This document shows, in pieces, positions 36,661 through 47,707 of a DNA stretch of 64,000 nucleotides; position 1 is the stretch's first letter; each line of letters begins with the position of its first letter. The translations under genes and the position numbers were made by a program. The notes beneath the pieces are model-generated. The model ran no database searches and was not told the origin of the DNA. It saw only the letters and a program-made list of their open reading frames with translations. The DNA comes from a virus (Duplodnaviria > Caudoviricetes). The stretch spans positions 715 to 64,714 of IMG/VR virus record IMGVR_UViG_3300033142_001600; one strand, given 5' to 3'.

Positions 36661-38560
36661 CTCCTTTTAGTGTGAATTTATAATTACCGCAATCCCAAAT
36701 TCTATCATAGTTATTATTAAGCATATTTTGGTATTCTGTTAAATTTGGATTAAAGTTAGGTAACAGTTTTGATAATTCAGATTTTCTATATTTGAATCTA
36801 TGTTCTAAATATGTTTTGCCTCTTCTGAAATACCAATAATTAGGCGTAGATGGTTTTAATTGTTTGAAGCCAAGTTTACCATAGAAAGAGCCATTGCTGT
36901 ATCTGATATCTGCGAAAGTGTACAAATTATTAAATAAATAGTTGTTTTTAAAATAAGATAGAAATCTTGATGCCATCCCAGGAATGTAATAATTTAATAA
37001 ACAGCAAAATCTTGATAATTCATAATTATTAGATTTTTGGTCTTTTCTTCCTTTTGCTATGGACGGTTTAGCAAAGGTTATTACAGAAATTAAGTTGTTG
37101 TTATAAAATGCACCTAGTTTTATGGAGCTATTACAGTAGCCTTGTATGTGATTTTTATTTAAAAATTTGCGGGCTAAAGATGCTGTAATGGTTTCTATTG
37201 TAGTTTGTCTTGCTCCACATAGTTTATCGAGTTTACCTAGTTTTGCACATAGTATAGATTTAACTATCTCCTGTTTTTCTAACCACTCATTTTCAAAAAC
37301 ATGTATTAGTTGAATGTTTTTTTCTTTACACATAATAGTTTTGTTAAGGTGATAGTTTTTATCTTTTTTTAGTCTTTCACTGTGCCAATGTATACCGTCA
37401 TATTCTATTGCCATATTAAAATCCGGTAAGTATATATCTAGTTCAACAGGAGGTATTATGGTTCTTGTGTTTGTTACTATGTTTGTTATGTTTAAATTCC
37501 TTATAAAGTTTAAAATATCAAGTTCACCGTGTGATTTTTTGATAGGGTAACATCCATAACACCGTAGTATCTCAGGGTTTGTTCTGTGAAATATAGGATC
37601 AGCAACTAATGTTTCTCCTATCCATCCACATTTTTTACATTTTATTTTTACTAATCTATTTTTTGGTTCTGATAATATTTCGAAGTTTTCTTTTTGTGTA
37701 TTTAAAAAAGCGTTTTGTTTTTCTAATACCCTTTCTTTTTTTTGTGTTATTATCTCATTAGATTCTAAGTATGAGGGTACGCCGTGTCTGTTTATCATTG
37801 AGTTCTTTATTTTATTTTTAACGTCTGTTGCTTGATTCGCGTATTCAGTGCCATATTTAGTTAGACATGTTTTTTTACTTTTTTCTTTTATTTTAGCTGA
37901 CTGAAAAGGGTTTTTAACCCCATTGTTTTTTAAACATGTTTGTTCGGCCTTATTTTTTAGTGTTTTATTTTTAAATGCGTGTTCAGTACCATATTTTTTT
38001 AACATTGTTTGCTTACGTTTTTCTTTAGTGTTTTTTTCCTGTAAAGTACAAACTACCCCATATTTTTTTAGATTTGATTGTTTAAGTTTTTCTTTGACAA
38101 TATCAGACTGCATCGGGTTTTCGGTGCCATATTTTTTTAAACATGTTTGTTTAATCTTATTTTTTATTTCATTACATTTTAAGTTGGTCGTTTCCCCATA
38201 CCTATTTAACATTGTTTGTTTAATTTTATTTTTTATTTTCGGTGTTTGCATAGGGTATTCTACGCCGTATTTTTTTAAGTTTGATTTTTTTATTATATTT
38301 ACGTTGTAAATATTGGAACATTTTTTACTACAAAATTTTTGATAGCCTTTTGTTATACCTTTAAACCTTGTAGGTTTTCCACAATTGGCACATATTCCTT
38401 CTTTATCTTGTTTTAAGTATTTATCATAGTAATCTTTACATGACACATTTTTATGTTTGTGACGTAGGTGTGTTCCTATACATTTATGTGTTGTATTACA
38501 TATTTTACATGTAACCATTTTATTAAATTCCTTTATATTGTTGTCTGTTTGGAAAATCAT
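36653..38560 (-). CDS. putative homing endonuclease (KYG repeats + PD-(D/E)xK + GNAT-like C-domain); likely start 38518
   Basis: K.T.LKKYG repeats; ELDIYLP...AIEYDG.HWH; YDRIWDCG; lies between nrdD and nrdG. Confidence 0.8.
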   Translation of the reverse strand: MIFQTDNNIKEFNKMVTCKICNTTHKCIGTHLRHKHKNVSCKDYYDKYLKQDKEGICANCGKPTRFKGITKGYQKFCSKKCSNIYNVNIIKKSNLKKYGVEYPMQTPKIKNKIKQTMLNRYGETTNLKCNEIKNKIKQTCLKKYGTENPMQSDIVKEKLKQSNLKKYGVVCTLQEKNTKEKRKQTMLKKYGTEHAFKNKTLKNKAEQTCLKNNGVKNPFQSAKIKEKSKKTCLTKYGTEYANQATDVKNKIKNSMINRHGVPSYLESNEIITQKKERVLEKQNAFLNTQKENFEILSEPKNRLVKIKCKKCGWIGETLVADPIFHRTNPEILRCYGCYPIKKSHGELDILNFIRNLNITNIVTNTRTIIPPVELDIYLPDFNMAIEYDGIHWHSERLKKDKNYHLNKTIMCKEKNIQLIHVFENEWLEKQEIVKSILCAKLGKLDKLCGARQTTIETITASLARKFLNKNHIQGYCNSSIKLGAFYNNNLISVITFAKPSIAKGRKDQKSNNYELSRFCCLLNYYIPGMASRFLSYFKNNYLFNNLYTFADIRYSNGSFYGKLGFKQLKPSTPNYWYFRRGKTYLEHRFKYRKSELSKLLPNFNPNLTEYQNMLNNNYDRIWDCGNYKFTLKGDV

Positions 38561-40433
38561 GTTCCCTTCTTTCTTGTGCGGAGTTAGATAGGTCTACCAA
38601 AAAGCCAACTACACGACTATACGTATTTGTTATAGGTGCTCCGCAAGTAGGGCATATTGTGTTATTACCGACACTCATATGTTTATTTTCACATAAATTC
38701 AAGACGTAATTTAAAGCAAAATAAATTACTTTTTGTTTAGCACATGCTTTTATGATATTTATTATTTTTTGGGTGTCTTCTATCTTAGAATCTAAATTTA
38801 CATGGAGAATACTTCCTCCTGACATTTTACTGTCCAAAGCTCCACTTATTCTAATCCTGTCTAGTACATCTGCTTTAGTTGTTAAGGGCACCCACTGATT
38901 CGCGTAAAAAGGAACGCCAATATCATATCCTAGGAGTTTGTCCTTTTTAGCCAATTTTATAGAGGCGTTTTCACTAGGAACTTGCTCACAGTTGAAAGCT
39001 GTTTGGTATTGTTTTTGTAGTTTGTCATTTGTTAAATTTATTGTATCAATTGTTTCTTTTGCTAATTCGAGTCCGTTATCTTTTGTTATGTCTTCTCCAA
39101 GAATTTGTATTGCTTCGTATAAACCATTTATACCTACAGTGTTATACTGGTTGTCTAAATTCATATATCCTAAAGTATATAAAGGTTGTGTTCCAAGTTT
39201 AATGCGTTTTTTGATAATGCTTCTTTTACTGTGGTTTATTTTACCTGCTATTTTTGTGTATTCTTTTATGTTTTCTAAAAATACTTCTTTTGTTTTAGAT
39301 GTTAAAGCGAGCCGGGGCAAATTTATTGTTACAACACCGATACTTCCTATTTGAACTTTCGAGCCGACTCCAAAATTGTTCATATAAGGACTTTCTGTAT
39401 CACTGCGTAGTCTACAACAGCTTGAGATCATTGTACTTTTTCCGCAAAAGAAGTTAATGAATCCAAATTCTTTGTTTTGTTCAGCCACCATTTTTACAAA
39501 AGCTTCATCATTTACGTTGTTATCTTTATCTAACGAGATACAGGCTGTTGTGACGGGAAAGGTTATTTTTCCTCTGCTCATCTCAATATTCATAACTTCT
39601 AAGAATATTTTTTGAACTTTTTTAATCGTTTCTCTTTTTGGTATTACTTGTCCTAATTCCTCGTCTGGAAATTTATAATCTTCGATTAAATTATCTAAAA
39701 AAACATCATCATAAACAGATACATTTGTGAAAGGAGATTGGTTGCTTCTGAAGTTTTGATTGATAGTATAAATAAAAGATGCAATGTTTTCAGATACATA
39801 AATCCATATGTCTTTTTCTGATTTAAATTTAAAATGGCAGTCTTCCCCAGTTTTTAAAATTTTATCTACATAATAAGACATAGCTAAAAATAGATCACTG
39901 ATGCCGCAAGCTCCCAAAATTGAATTGGAAACAATTACAATACATTGTTCCATTTGACTTTTGAAAGAATACAAGCTTTTTGGTGGAATGCAATTTATAT
40001 TTTTTAACATTTTTAATCCCATTAGGGCTACATTCATCGCGCTCATGTTCCAACAATAACTCATTTGGCAATTCCATGCATCATGAATATAAATATCTCC
40101 TTTAATTTGCATGGTTAGTAGTTTACTTGCTTCTTCTGTGTTATATAATTGCCTAAGTTTTTTCCACAATATAAAATAACTATTAAGTTTAAAAAAAGAC
40201 TTCGGCATTTCATGCATGTATGTGATAGCATCCATCTGTGAAATGTTAGCATTTGAGTCAATACTTACATCAGCGGTGGTAGTTCTATTATTATAAAATT
40301 GTTTTGAAAATGTGTTAATATCTAATTGCTTTTTACCAATACCATCCAATTCAAAAAGTTCTTCACCATATTGATCTTTGAGTGAATCCATTAAATCAGA
40401 AAATTCTTTATCATATGAAAATGAAATATCCAT
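38523..40433 (-). CDS. nrdD: anaerobic ribonucleoside-triphosphate reductase
   Basis: SCCRL, GSIGVVTINLPR, EQVPSE, CPTCG...YSRVVGFL glycyl-radical loop. Confidence 0.93.
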   Translation of the reverse strand: MDISFSYDKEFSDLMDSLKDQYGEELFELDGIGKKQLDINTFSKQFYNNRTTTADVSIDSNANISQMDAITYMHEMPKSFFKLNSYFILWKKLRQLYNTEEASKLLTMQIKGDIYIHDAWNCQMSYCWNMSAMNVALMGLKMLKNINCIPPKSLYSFKSQMEQCIVIVSNSILGACGISDLFLAMSYYVDKILKTGEDCHFKFKSEKDIWIYVSENIASFIYTINQNFRSNQSPFTNVSVYDDVFLDNLIEDYKFPDEELGQVIPKRETIKKVQKIFLEVMNIEMSRGKITFPVTTACISLDKDNNVNDEAFVKMVAEQNKEFGFINFFCGKSTMISSCCRLRSDTESPYMNNFGVGSKVQIGSIGVVTINLPRLALTSKTKEVFLENIKEYTKIAGKINHSKRSIIKKRIKLGTQPLYTLGYMNLDNQYNTVGINGLYEAIQILGEDITKDNGLELAKETIDTINLTNDKLQKQYQTAFNCEQVPSENASIKLAKKDKLLGYDIGVPFYANQWVPLTTKADVLDRIRISGALDSKMSGGSILHVNLDSKIEDTQKIINIIKACAKQKVIYFALNYVLNLCENKHMSVGNNTICPTCGAPITNTYSRVVGFLVDLSNSAQERREHDFPNRQQYKGI

Positions 40434-40496
40434 TAAAAGGTGCTCCTATTTTATTGTGTAGTTGTGTTCGATTTGCGTGTCGATACCATTAATGTA

Positions 40497-40512
40497 TGCA
40501 CATTCTGTGCCA
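40497..40512 (-). promoter_or_regulatory. sigma54-type promoter motif for nrdD operon
   Basis: minus-strand TGGCACAGAATGTGCA, 64 bp upstream of nrdD. Confidence 0.7.
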
Positions 40513-40742
40513 TAATTGTAATAATCTCAATACTCTATAGTTGGCTACTGTGGCAGGTTTGAGTAAATAAACCCCTGCTGCTAGTATAGTAAAAGTGGGT
40601 TAATTCTTAGCTAACAAATACGTCAAATCTCAATTTTATTTTTAAAAAATAAATAAATTTTTTACTATATAAATTGGTAATATCAATAATCTTATTGACA
40701 TGTTAGTATAGTGCTATGTGCTTTAATAGGGGGATTTAGGTC

Positions 40743-41309
40743 ATGATGCTTTCTGTAAATGAAATGGTTAAAGTAGATGAATCTGTAATAAAAAAATATC
40801 ATAAAAAAATGATAAATAACTTAAGTAAAAGAGGTTGGGCTCTTTATCAAGCATCTTCTGCTACTGTTACAAACATAGATGAGCTTGAAATAATAGTCTC
40901 TAACGGGTCTGAAAAAGAAAGCTTGACTAATGACACGCTTTATCAAATATTGCCTTTTGTAGAAGAAGACAATAATTGGGACAAAGTAAGAAAAACAATG
41001 GAAGAATGTATCATTACAAGAAGATACCCTTTTTTTGTAGATATATCTCCAGACGAAATAGACGAGAAAGGGAATGAATCATTAAAGGTAAAGAATGTAT
41101 ACCTTATCGACAGTATTTATTTTGATGAAAAAGAAAATATGTTCGTATTAGTTCCTGACTACGATTTAATGTTTTTTTTAGGTATTAAATCAGAAAAACA
41201 AGGAGATATTCTTTTAAGTATTCCTTCTGCTGCCGAAAAAGTATTACGACAAATGACCAAAGCAAAAAGAGAAGATAAAAGTAAGTATGTAGAGGATTTA
41301 ATTATTTAA
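40743..41309 (+). CDS. hypothetical protein
   Basis: 188-aa ORF. Confidence 0.7.
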   Translation: MMLSVNEMVKVDESVIKKYHKKMINNLSKRGWALYQASSATVTNIDELEIIVSNGSEKESLTNDTLYQILPFVEEDNNWDKVRKTMEECIITRRYPFFVDISPDEIDEKGNESLKVKNVYLIDSIYFDEKENMFVLVPDYDLMFFLGIKSEKQGDILLSIPSAAEKVLRQMTKAKREDKSKYVEDLII

Positions 41310-41341
41310 GGCGAAAATCCACGGGCACTGTTCGTTTATGT

Positions 41342-42319
41342 TTATTGTGTAATCCATAAAGGCCTGCTCTGATTTCTTATCAACGTTAGTTTTAAATTTG
41401 GCGCTGTAGAAAGATTATATATTATAGTTTCTATTCTGCTTTTGGTTATTGGTGTGTTTTTAATAAACTGAAGAAATCTAGTTTCAAAAAAAGGAGTCCC
41501 TTCAGAAGTAATAGGATCATATTGTATTCGTCTCATAGGGTCTCTATGTATTGCTGTAGTATTGAAATAAAAACCTAATTTAATAAGTAATTCATGTATG
41601 TTATCTACTAATTTTTCACTTGGTGTTGTTATTACTACTTGGGCCTTTGATTTAAGTTTGTAGTCTTTTGTTATTTTAGCATCGCTTGACATGGAGGAGT
41701 TTAATATAGTCGATAATAAATAACGAATAAAATATTTATCCAACTTAAGAAACTTTTCTGGGATATGTTTATTTCTTCCCAAACCAAACTGTAATAAAAA
41801 ATCATATAAAACTTTATCATAACTAATAAGAGATAAACCCCTGTTATTTATACTTAAAAAGTTTTTTATATTTAACAAATCTAATGTTTTACTTATATCA
41901 TTTAGTTTAGGTTTTTTATTTCTAAATATAATTGTGTTTTTTTGTTTAAGGATTCCACAGTCTACAAAGTATCCAATCACTTTAAGAATTAAACAAGTAT
42001 CAAACATTACCCCTTCTTGTGTTATAGGGTTTAAGGTGTATCCAGAGTAGTCGTATTGGGGTGTTGTTAAATTTTTTATATTTTTAATATTTTTTATTTT
42101 TTGTAATCTATGTGCTTTTGTTAAAAGTAAAGTATCAGGAAGTAAGAAAGATTTATTTAGTGTATAAGTGTCCCCATAATATCGTTGTTTTTTTATGTTA
42201 GTAATCGTGGATAGTTTTAGATTACTTTTTTCCAGCCCGAAAATTTTTTGTCCAACGGTTAGTTTTTGGACAGTATTCCACCCAGTGTTTGTTAGTAAGT
42301 ATGTGTGTTTTGGAAGCAT
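41342..42319 (-). CDS. free-standing degenerate intein-like protein (Hint + LAGLIDADG-like)
   Basis: MLPKHT.LLT..GW....L.VG block A-like; IYNLST.PN....RN....W C-terminal block; IGYFVDCG central motif. Confidence 0.65.
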   Translation of the reverse strand: MLPKHTYLLTNTGWNTVQKLTVGQKIFGLEKSNLKLSTITNIKKQRYYGDTYTLNKSFLLPDTLLLTKAHRLQKIKNIKNIKNLTTPQYDYSGYTLNPITQEGVMFDTCLILKVIGYFVDCGILKQKNTIIFRNKKPKLNDISKTLDLLNIKNFLSINNRGLSLISYDKVLYDFLLQFGLGRNKHIPEKFLKLDKYFIRYLLSTILNSSMSSDAKITKDYKLKSKAQVVITTPSEKLVDNIHELLIKLGFYFNTTAIHRDPMRRIQYDPITSEGTPFFETRFLQFIKNTPITKSRIETIIYNLSTAPNLKLTLIRNQSRPLWITQ

Positions 42320-42376
42320 TTTTGTCTCTGTTTCTAATATAGAAAGTTTAAACTTATTTACGGACGGAAAAATTTT

Positions 42377-42898
42377 ATGCCAACATCTTCTGGAGTAATA
42401 GATATACCATTAAACGTAGAAACAAATGTTTTAGATATATATTATGATAGTTGTTATATTTTAGTTTGTACAAACTCTGGTGTTGAGTGTTTAAACAGTA
42501 GAACGCTTGAATCTATATGGTATTTTGATTCTACAATTGTTCAATCGACTTGTTCTAATCAGGAAATAGTGTGTTTTGGTACGATGTGTAGTGGCGTTTA
42601 TTATGATGATTTTCCAAGAGCTATAGAAAATCTTGGAAATTTTTTGGCGGGCTGTAAAAAAGTAGACAGTTTAACATCCAGCGGTATTGTAGATATATGT
42701 ACAACATCTAATGGGTTTTTTGTTGGTGGTGAAAACGGTGTAGATATTCTAACAACAAGTAGTGGATTAGACTTAGAAGTAACCTGTCAATTAACTTGCT
42801 CAGGTGTTAGTAGTGTAGCGTATTCTGTAGATACTGGAATTTATTATTGGTCTACGGCAAATACGGCGTATTGTGCAGATACGTGTGTACAAATATAA
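42377..42898 (+). CDS. putative virion beta-rich protein
   Basis: beta-strand repeats, SG motifs, co-oriented with DUF2341 gene. Confidence 0.55.
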   Translation: MPTSSGVIDIPLNVETNVLDIYYDSCYILVCTNSGVECLNSRTLESIWYFDSTIVQSTCSNQEIVCFGTMCSGVYYDDFPRAIENLGNFLAGCKKVDSLTSSGIVDICTTSNGFFVGGENGVDILTTSSGLDLEVTCQLTCSGVSSVAYSVDTGIYYWSTANTAYCADTCVQI

Positions 42899-42910
42899 AG
42901 GATAGAAAAT

Positions 42911-44218
42911 ATGACTTGGTTATCTGGTTGGAAAAAAAGAATAAAAATAACAGTAGATCATACTAAAATAGATGGTGACTTGTCTAATTTCCCTGTGTTA
43001 TTAAAGGTAACTTCTTCTGGTGTATTTACAGAACTTGGTGCTAATAGTAAAAAAATCGCTGTTACAGCTTCTAGTGGAGTTACACAAAATTATGTAGAGA
43101 TTGAAAACTGGGATAATGGAAATACTGTTGCTTGGTTATGGACAAAAGTACCAACAGTTGTTTCTGGCATTGATACAGATATTTATTTATATTATGATAA
43201 TAGTAAAGCCGATAACACAGATTACGTTGGTGACATAGGAAGTGCTTCCGCTAAAAATGTTTGGGATTCTAATTTTGTTGGCGTGTGGCATATGTGCCAA
43301 GATCCGTCAGGTGGTGCTAGTTGTATAAAAGACTCAACGTCTAACGTTCATCACGGAACTCCTAATGGCTCAATGACATCCGGGGATTTAGTTGATGGAA
43401 AAATTGGAAAAGCTTTAAATTTTGATGGTAATGATGATCGAATAGAGATTACAGATCATAATGATTTTGATTTTACCACCTCTTTTACTGGTGAAGTAAT
43501 TGCTAAAATATTAACGGATTATAATTCTGGTTGGCACGTTTTATTTGCAAAAGGTGCAGATTCTGGAAATTTACGGTTATGGCAAATAGAGATTGTTATT
43601 GATGGAACAAAAGTTGCTAAAGGCGCCATACGTAAAAGTTCTTCAGATGATGTAGCTTTAGTAGGTGATAATTTTGCTTGGTCTGTAGATACTCAATATA
43701 ATTTTATAATAACTTATGATAAATCTGCTACGGAACTAAAATTATATAAAGATGGGGTTCAGTTTGGTTCCACTCTTTCTCATGATGAAGATATGGTTAT
43801 TTCTGCATTGCCGATCAATATTGGTTGCGGTTGGTATGCAGGCTCAAATGTGGATTTTATAAATGCTGTAATAGACGGTGTTCGATTTTCAAACACGGCC
43901 CGTTCTGCCCCATGGATCAAAGCAACTTATTATTCAAATTGGGATACTCTATTGACGTATGGTAATGAAGAGATTCGTACATATTATTTCTCAGGATATG
44001 TTCTTGAACAAAATAATCCAATAAGTAGAAAATTATATTTACATGACAGAGCTACTGGTGATTTAATTGGTACAACAACATCTAGTGGTGACGGTTATTA
44101 TTACATGGAGACCGCTTCTTCTGGTTCTCATTATATAGTATGTTTAGATGATGTGGCTGGTATAGAGTATAATGATATGATTATAGGTCCTGCTCTTCCT
44201 ACTACAATGTCTGGATAG
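42911..44218 (+). CDS. DUF2341 + LamG/ConA-like virion protein
   Basis: WL.GW.KR..IT.D, FPVL, EIE.W, W.KVP, GKIG.AL.FDG, LYKDG, IDGVR.SN.ARS.WI. Confidence 0.82.
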   Translation: MTWLSGWKKRIKITVDHTKIDGDLSNFPVLLKVTSSGVFTELGANSKKIAVTASSGVTQNYVEIENWDNGNTVAWLWTKVPTVVSGIDTDIYLYYDNSKADNTDYVGDIGSASAKNVWDSNFVGVWHMCQDPSGGASCIKDSTSNVHHGTPNGSMTSGDLVDGKIGKALNFDGNDDRIEITDHNDFDFTTSFTGEVIAKILTDYNSGWHVLFAKGADSGNLRLWQIEIVIDGTKVAKGAIRKSSSDDVALVGDNFAWSVDTQYNFIITYDKSATELKLYKDGVQFGSTLSHDEDMVISALPINIGCGWYAGSNVDFINAVIDGVRFSNTARSAPWIKATYYSNWDTLLTYGNEEIRTYYFSGYVLEQNNPISRKLYLHDRATGDLIGTTTSSGDGYYYMETASSGSHYIVCLDDVAGIEYNDMIIGPALPTTMSG

Positions 44219-44230
44219 TGGCGTATACTT

Positions 44231-44614
44231 ATGTATAATTTTAATTTTGGAACAAGTAGACATACTAATTTTAATTTTAATTTCGGCGCTACTGGAATAA
44301 AACAATTAGTTATAAAATCTACAGCTACACCAGGTTATGTTATAAACAGTATAAATGTAGAAAATTTAGAAGGAGAAGATGTTTTATATGTTAATACTGT
44401 TAGCGGTATACTAAGAATATTTTCGTCTTCTTGTAGCGGTATAATAGACGATAGAAATATAGTAAGTTCAGCATATGAATCTGGAAGTTGTGGTGAAGAA
44501 AAAATTTTTGCGGGCTATGATACTAGTTTAATTGAAATAAATGTAGCAAGCGGAACAGAAGAGTCTTTTGAAGTTGTTAACAATATATCTAAAGTTTTAT
44601 ATTACATTTGGTAA
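44231..44614 (+). CDS. putative virion protein
   Basis: NFNFG repeats, SG motifs. Confidence 0.55.
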   Translation: MYNFNFGTSRHTNFNFNFGATGIKQLVIKSTATPGYVINSINVENLEGEDVLYVNTVSGILRIFSSSCSGIIDDRNIVSSAYESGSCGEEKIFAGYDTSLIEINVASGTEESFEVVNNISKVLYYIW

Positions 44615-44654
44615 AAATAATCTTGGTGATTTATTATAGAAAGGAAATATTATT

Positions 44655-44903
44655 ATGAATAGTACAGAACATATATTATTAACAAAGATAAGTGAAGATT
44701 TACAAGATCTTAATGTAAGATATGAACACCGTATTACATTATTGGAATCAATGAAAGAAAAACAACAAGAACAAGTAGATGACTGTATGAGTAAAAAAGA
44801 ATGTGATACTTTTACAAGTAACATAAAAAAGGCAATTGGTTTTCTTTATGCATGTTTGTTGAGTTTTGGAGGTGCTATTATATATAGTATATTTAGAAAC
44901 TAG
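44655..44903 (+). CDS. coiled-coil protein with C-terminal TM helix (holin/XhlA-like)
   Basis: RIT.LE coil plus C-terminal hydrophobic helix. Confidence 0.5.
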   Translation: MNSTEHILLTKISEDLQDLNVRYEHRITLLESMKEKQQEQVDDCMSKKECDTFTSNIKKAIGFLYACLLSFGGAIIYSIFRN

Positions 44904-44935
44904 CATGGTTTTTGCATAATATAAAAATACATTAT

Positions 44936-44970
44936 AGGTAAACCATAGCTGCAGGGTTTACCTTTTTGTT
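44936..44970 (+). terminator. intrinsic terminator
   Basis: AGGTAAACC...GGTTTACCT followed by T-rich tract. Confidence 0.75.
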
Positions 44971-44971
44971 T

Positions 44972-44987
44972 TGGCATGGAAATTGCA
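44972..44987 (+). promoter_or_regulatory. sigma54-type promoter motif for thyX
   Basis: TGGCATGGAAATTGCA. Confidence 0.8.
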
Positions 44988-45028
44988 TATAGTTATTGTA
45001 GTATTTAAATAGTTTTTGGAGGACGATT

Positions 45029-45790
45029 ATGATAAATATAGTTAAGCCTAAAGTTCTTATTGAAGAGTTTGATGCAGAGTATATTATAAGAAAAATAGAA
45101 AGAGCAGCAAGGACTTGTTATAAAACGGAAAAAAGTAAGGCACCTGTTGGGCAGTTATTAGATAAGCGTCTTTTGAAAACCCCTGATAGGGCGGAATTTT
45201 GGAATACATATCGTGATGGTATTATAGATCCAAAACTTTTAAAAACGATATTAGCGAATGTTCATTCAAGTGTTTTAGAACATTGTACGATTAGTATAAA
45301 GGTTATAACGAATCGTGCTTGTAGCCTCGAATGGGTAAGACATAGAATTGGTGTAGCTTATTCGCAAGAGAGCAGCCGTTTCTGTAACTATAGTAAAAAT
45401 AAATTTGATAATAAAGTAACAATGTTAAAACCATATTTTTATAAGAACGAAGAACAATATAAGATATGGAAAGAAAATGTAAAGTTATCAGCGAAAGGTT
45501 ATTTTGATTTGTTAAAAGTTGCTACTACAGAAGAGGCGCGAGAGTTATTACCTAATTCTACAAAGACTGAAATTACTATTACATACAATATGGGAGCATG
45601 GCGCCATTTTCTGGATTTGCGCACATCACAAAAAGCACACCCGGAAATAAGAAGAATGGCTATGACGCTGTTATGTGAATTTTCTACAAGGTTGCCTGTT
45701 TTATTTGATGATATTATGAGTAGATACACAAAAGATCCAGAATTTTTTCCCGGTATCGAGGACGTGATAGTGGAGTATATAACAATATAA
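45029..45790 (+). CDS. thyX: FAD-dependent thymidylate synthase
   Basis: AARTCY, H.SVLEH, RHR...SQESSRF, ARELLP, LR....AHPEIR. Confidence 0.95.
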   Translation: MINIVKPKVLIEEFDAEYIIRKIERAARTCYKTEKSKAPVGQLLDKRLLKTPDRAEFWNTYRDGIIDPKLLKTILANVHSSVLEHCTISIKVITNRACSLEWVRHRIGVAYSQESSRFCNYSKNKFDNKVTMLKPYFYKNEEQYKIWKENVKLSAKGYFDLLKVATTEEARELLPNSTKTEITITYNMGAWRHFLDLRTSQKAHPEIRRMAMTLLCEFSTRLPVLFDDIMSRYTKDPEFFPGIEDVIVEYITI

Positions 45791-46385
45791 TATGATAAGA
45801 AGATGTAAATTTTGTAATAGTTTGGTTTCCGTAAAAAGGCTATGAAGTGGGCGAATACGTTACCTCTGTAAGAGGTGTAAAAAAATATTAAAGGTTTCAG
45901 AAGTTGTTGAAAAATAAAAAAAGTAGGTGAACAAAATGTATAAGGAGAATGGTCGTTTAAACATAAGTGTGGCTGGCACTGTGTCTGATTTTACTGATGA
46001 AGGCACAGAAGCTTGTATAATTATAGATGGAGAAAAGGTTAGAATTAAACCTTCTTCTTCTAAGTTGTTGGCTAAAATTAAAAAAGGTTCGTATGTGAAA
46101 CTTGAGTGTTATTTAGAGAACGGAAAACTATTTGCGTCCAGTAGGTCTGATTAAATGAATAAAATAGATAAAGATATTATTTCTGTTAGCTTATCAGAAA
46201 GAGATGAAAATTTATATGATGTAGTTATATATTTTAATTTGGTTAAGCACATGGCTGTTTATAGTCCGATTGTAGGTATTATGTATAGTTCTTTGCCACA
46301 GAACACAAAAGAAGATCAAGAGGTATTATTTAGAGTATCTAATGAAATAAAAAAAGTTTTAAATAAGGGTATATAATATAAGATA

Positions 46386-47648
46386 ATGTCAAAAAGAAAA
46401 ACGGAAGAAGACTATTACGAGTTAGCAGAAGGTCGTGGGTTTAAATGGCTTGGTGATGTGTTGCCTAAAAATACAGATATACCAACCGAATGGGTGTGTA
46501 GTAATACGCATAAATGGCTAGCGTCATATCATAATATACGCAATGGCAGTGGGTGTCCATATTGTGCCGGTCTTGTTAAAAAAGTAGAAAAAGATTATTA
46601 TAATTTAGCAAATAAATTTGGTTTTATTTGGATTGGTGAAAAACTGCCTAAAAATGTTATGACTAAAACTTGGTGGGAATGTAAGAAGGGGCATGAGTGG
46701 AAAGCTACATATAGTGGAATACAGCGAGGGGGCGGGTGTCCTTATTGTTCTAAAAAAATAAGGAAAACAAGAAATGATTATCACATCTTAGCTAATAAAA
46801 ACAATTTTAGGTGGTTAGGTAAAAGTTTGCCTAAAAATGTTAAAACTAAAACACTATGGGAAGATTTGTCAGATGGGAGATTATTCAGATTATCTTATAG
46901 TAGTATCTTGGGAAGTAGTGGAAAACCATATTGTTCTAAAAGGCTTATAAAAAATACCAGTGATTATCATAAGTTAGCCGAGTTTCGTAAATTTAAATGG
47001 GTTGGTAAAGATTTACCGAAAAATGCTATGACTAAGACTTTGTGGGAATGCGAAAGGGGACATAAATGGTTGGCAAAATATAATGATATATTTTGTAACG
47101 GTAGTGGTTGTCCTTATTGTGCTAAATGCGCAAAAAAAGTTGAGATAGATTATTATAGTTTGGCAAACAAATATAACTTTGTATGGATAGGTGAAAAGTT
47201 ACCAAAAAATACGAATATAAAAACAAAATGGCTGTGTTTAAAGTGTGGGCATATTCGTGAAGTAACATATAGTAGTATTCAACAAGGTAAGGGTTGCCCA
47301 TACTGTAAGAATATGATTAATGGCGTGTTAGTATCAAAGCCGCAAATAAAACTAAATGATTTACTTTGTGGAAGTTTGAACTACCCAGAAGGGAGATACC
47401 ATATTGATGTTGCTATAATGCGAGAAAGTCAAAAAATAGCAGTGGAGTATGATTGCTGGTATTGGCATAATGGAAATGAAGAACGTGATGTTAAGAGAGA
47501 TAGACTTTTGATATTTCATGGATGGAAAGTATTACGCGTAAAGTCAGGAAGATTGTTGCCAACACGAAAACAACTAAAGACAGCTATTAATTATTTGTTG
47601 AAAACTAATAACAAGATTTATAATCTATATTTGGAAGATTGGAAGTAA
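46386..47648 (+). CDS. Zn-ribbon repeat protein with C-terminal DUF559/Vsr-like nuclease
   Basis: five ~61-aa repeats W.C..GH.W.A.Y..I..G.GCPYC; IDVA...AVEYD..YWH...D..RD..L...GW.VLR. Confidence 0.8.
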   Translation: MSKRKTEEDYYELAEGRGFKWLGDVLPKNTDIPTEWVCSNTHKWLASYHNIRNGSGCPYCAGLVKKVEKDYYNLANKFGFIWIGEKLPKNVMTKTWWECKKGHEWKATYSGIQRGGGCPYCSKKIRKTRNDYHILANKNNFRWLGKSLPKNVKTKTLWEDLSDGRLFRLSYSSILGSSGKPYCSKRLIKNTSDYHKLAEFRKFKWVGKDLPKNAMTKTLWECERGHKWLAKYNDIFCNGSGCPYCAKCAKKVEIDYYSLANKYNFVWIGEKLPKNTNIKTKWLCLKCGHIREVTYSSIQQGKGCPYCKNMINGVLVSKPQIKLNDLLCGSLNYPEGRYHIDVAIMRESQKIAVEYDCWYWHNGNEERDVKRDRLLIFHGWKVLRVKSGRLLPTRKQLKTAINYLLKTNNKIYNLYLEDWK

Positions 47649-47650
47649 AT

Positions 47651-47666
47651 TGGCATATTTTTTGCG
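47651..47666 (+). promoter_or_regulatory. sigma54-type promoter motif for clpP
   Basis: TGGCATATTTTTTGCG. Confidence 0.72.
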
Positions 47667-47707
47667 TAAATATAAAAATAAAAAAAAAGTTTTAAAAATG
47701 AGGAGAT

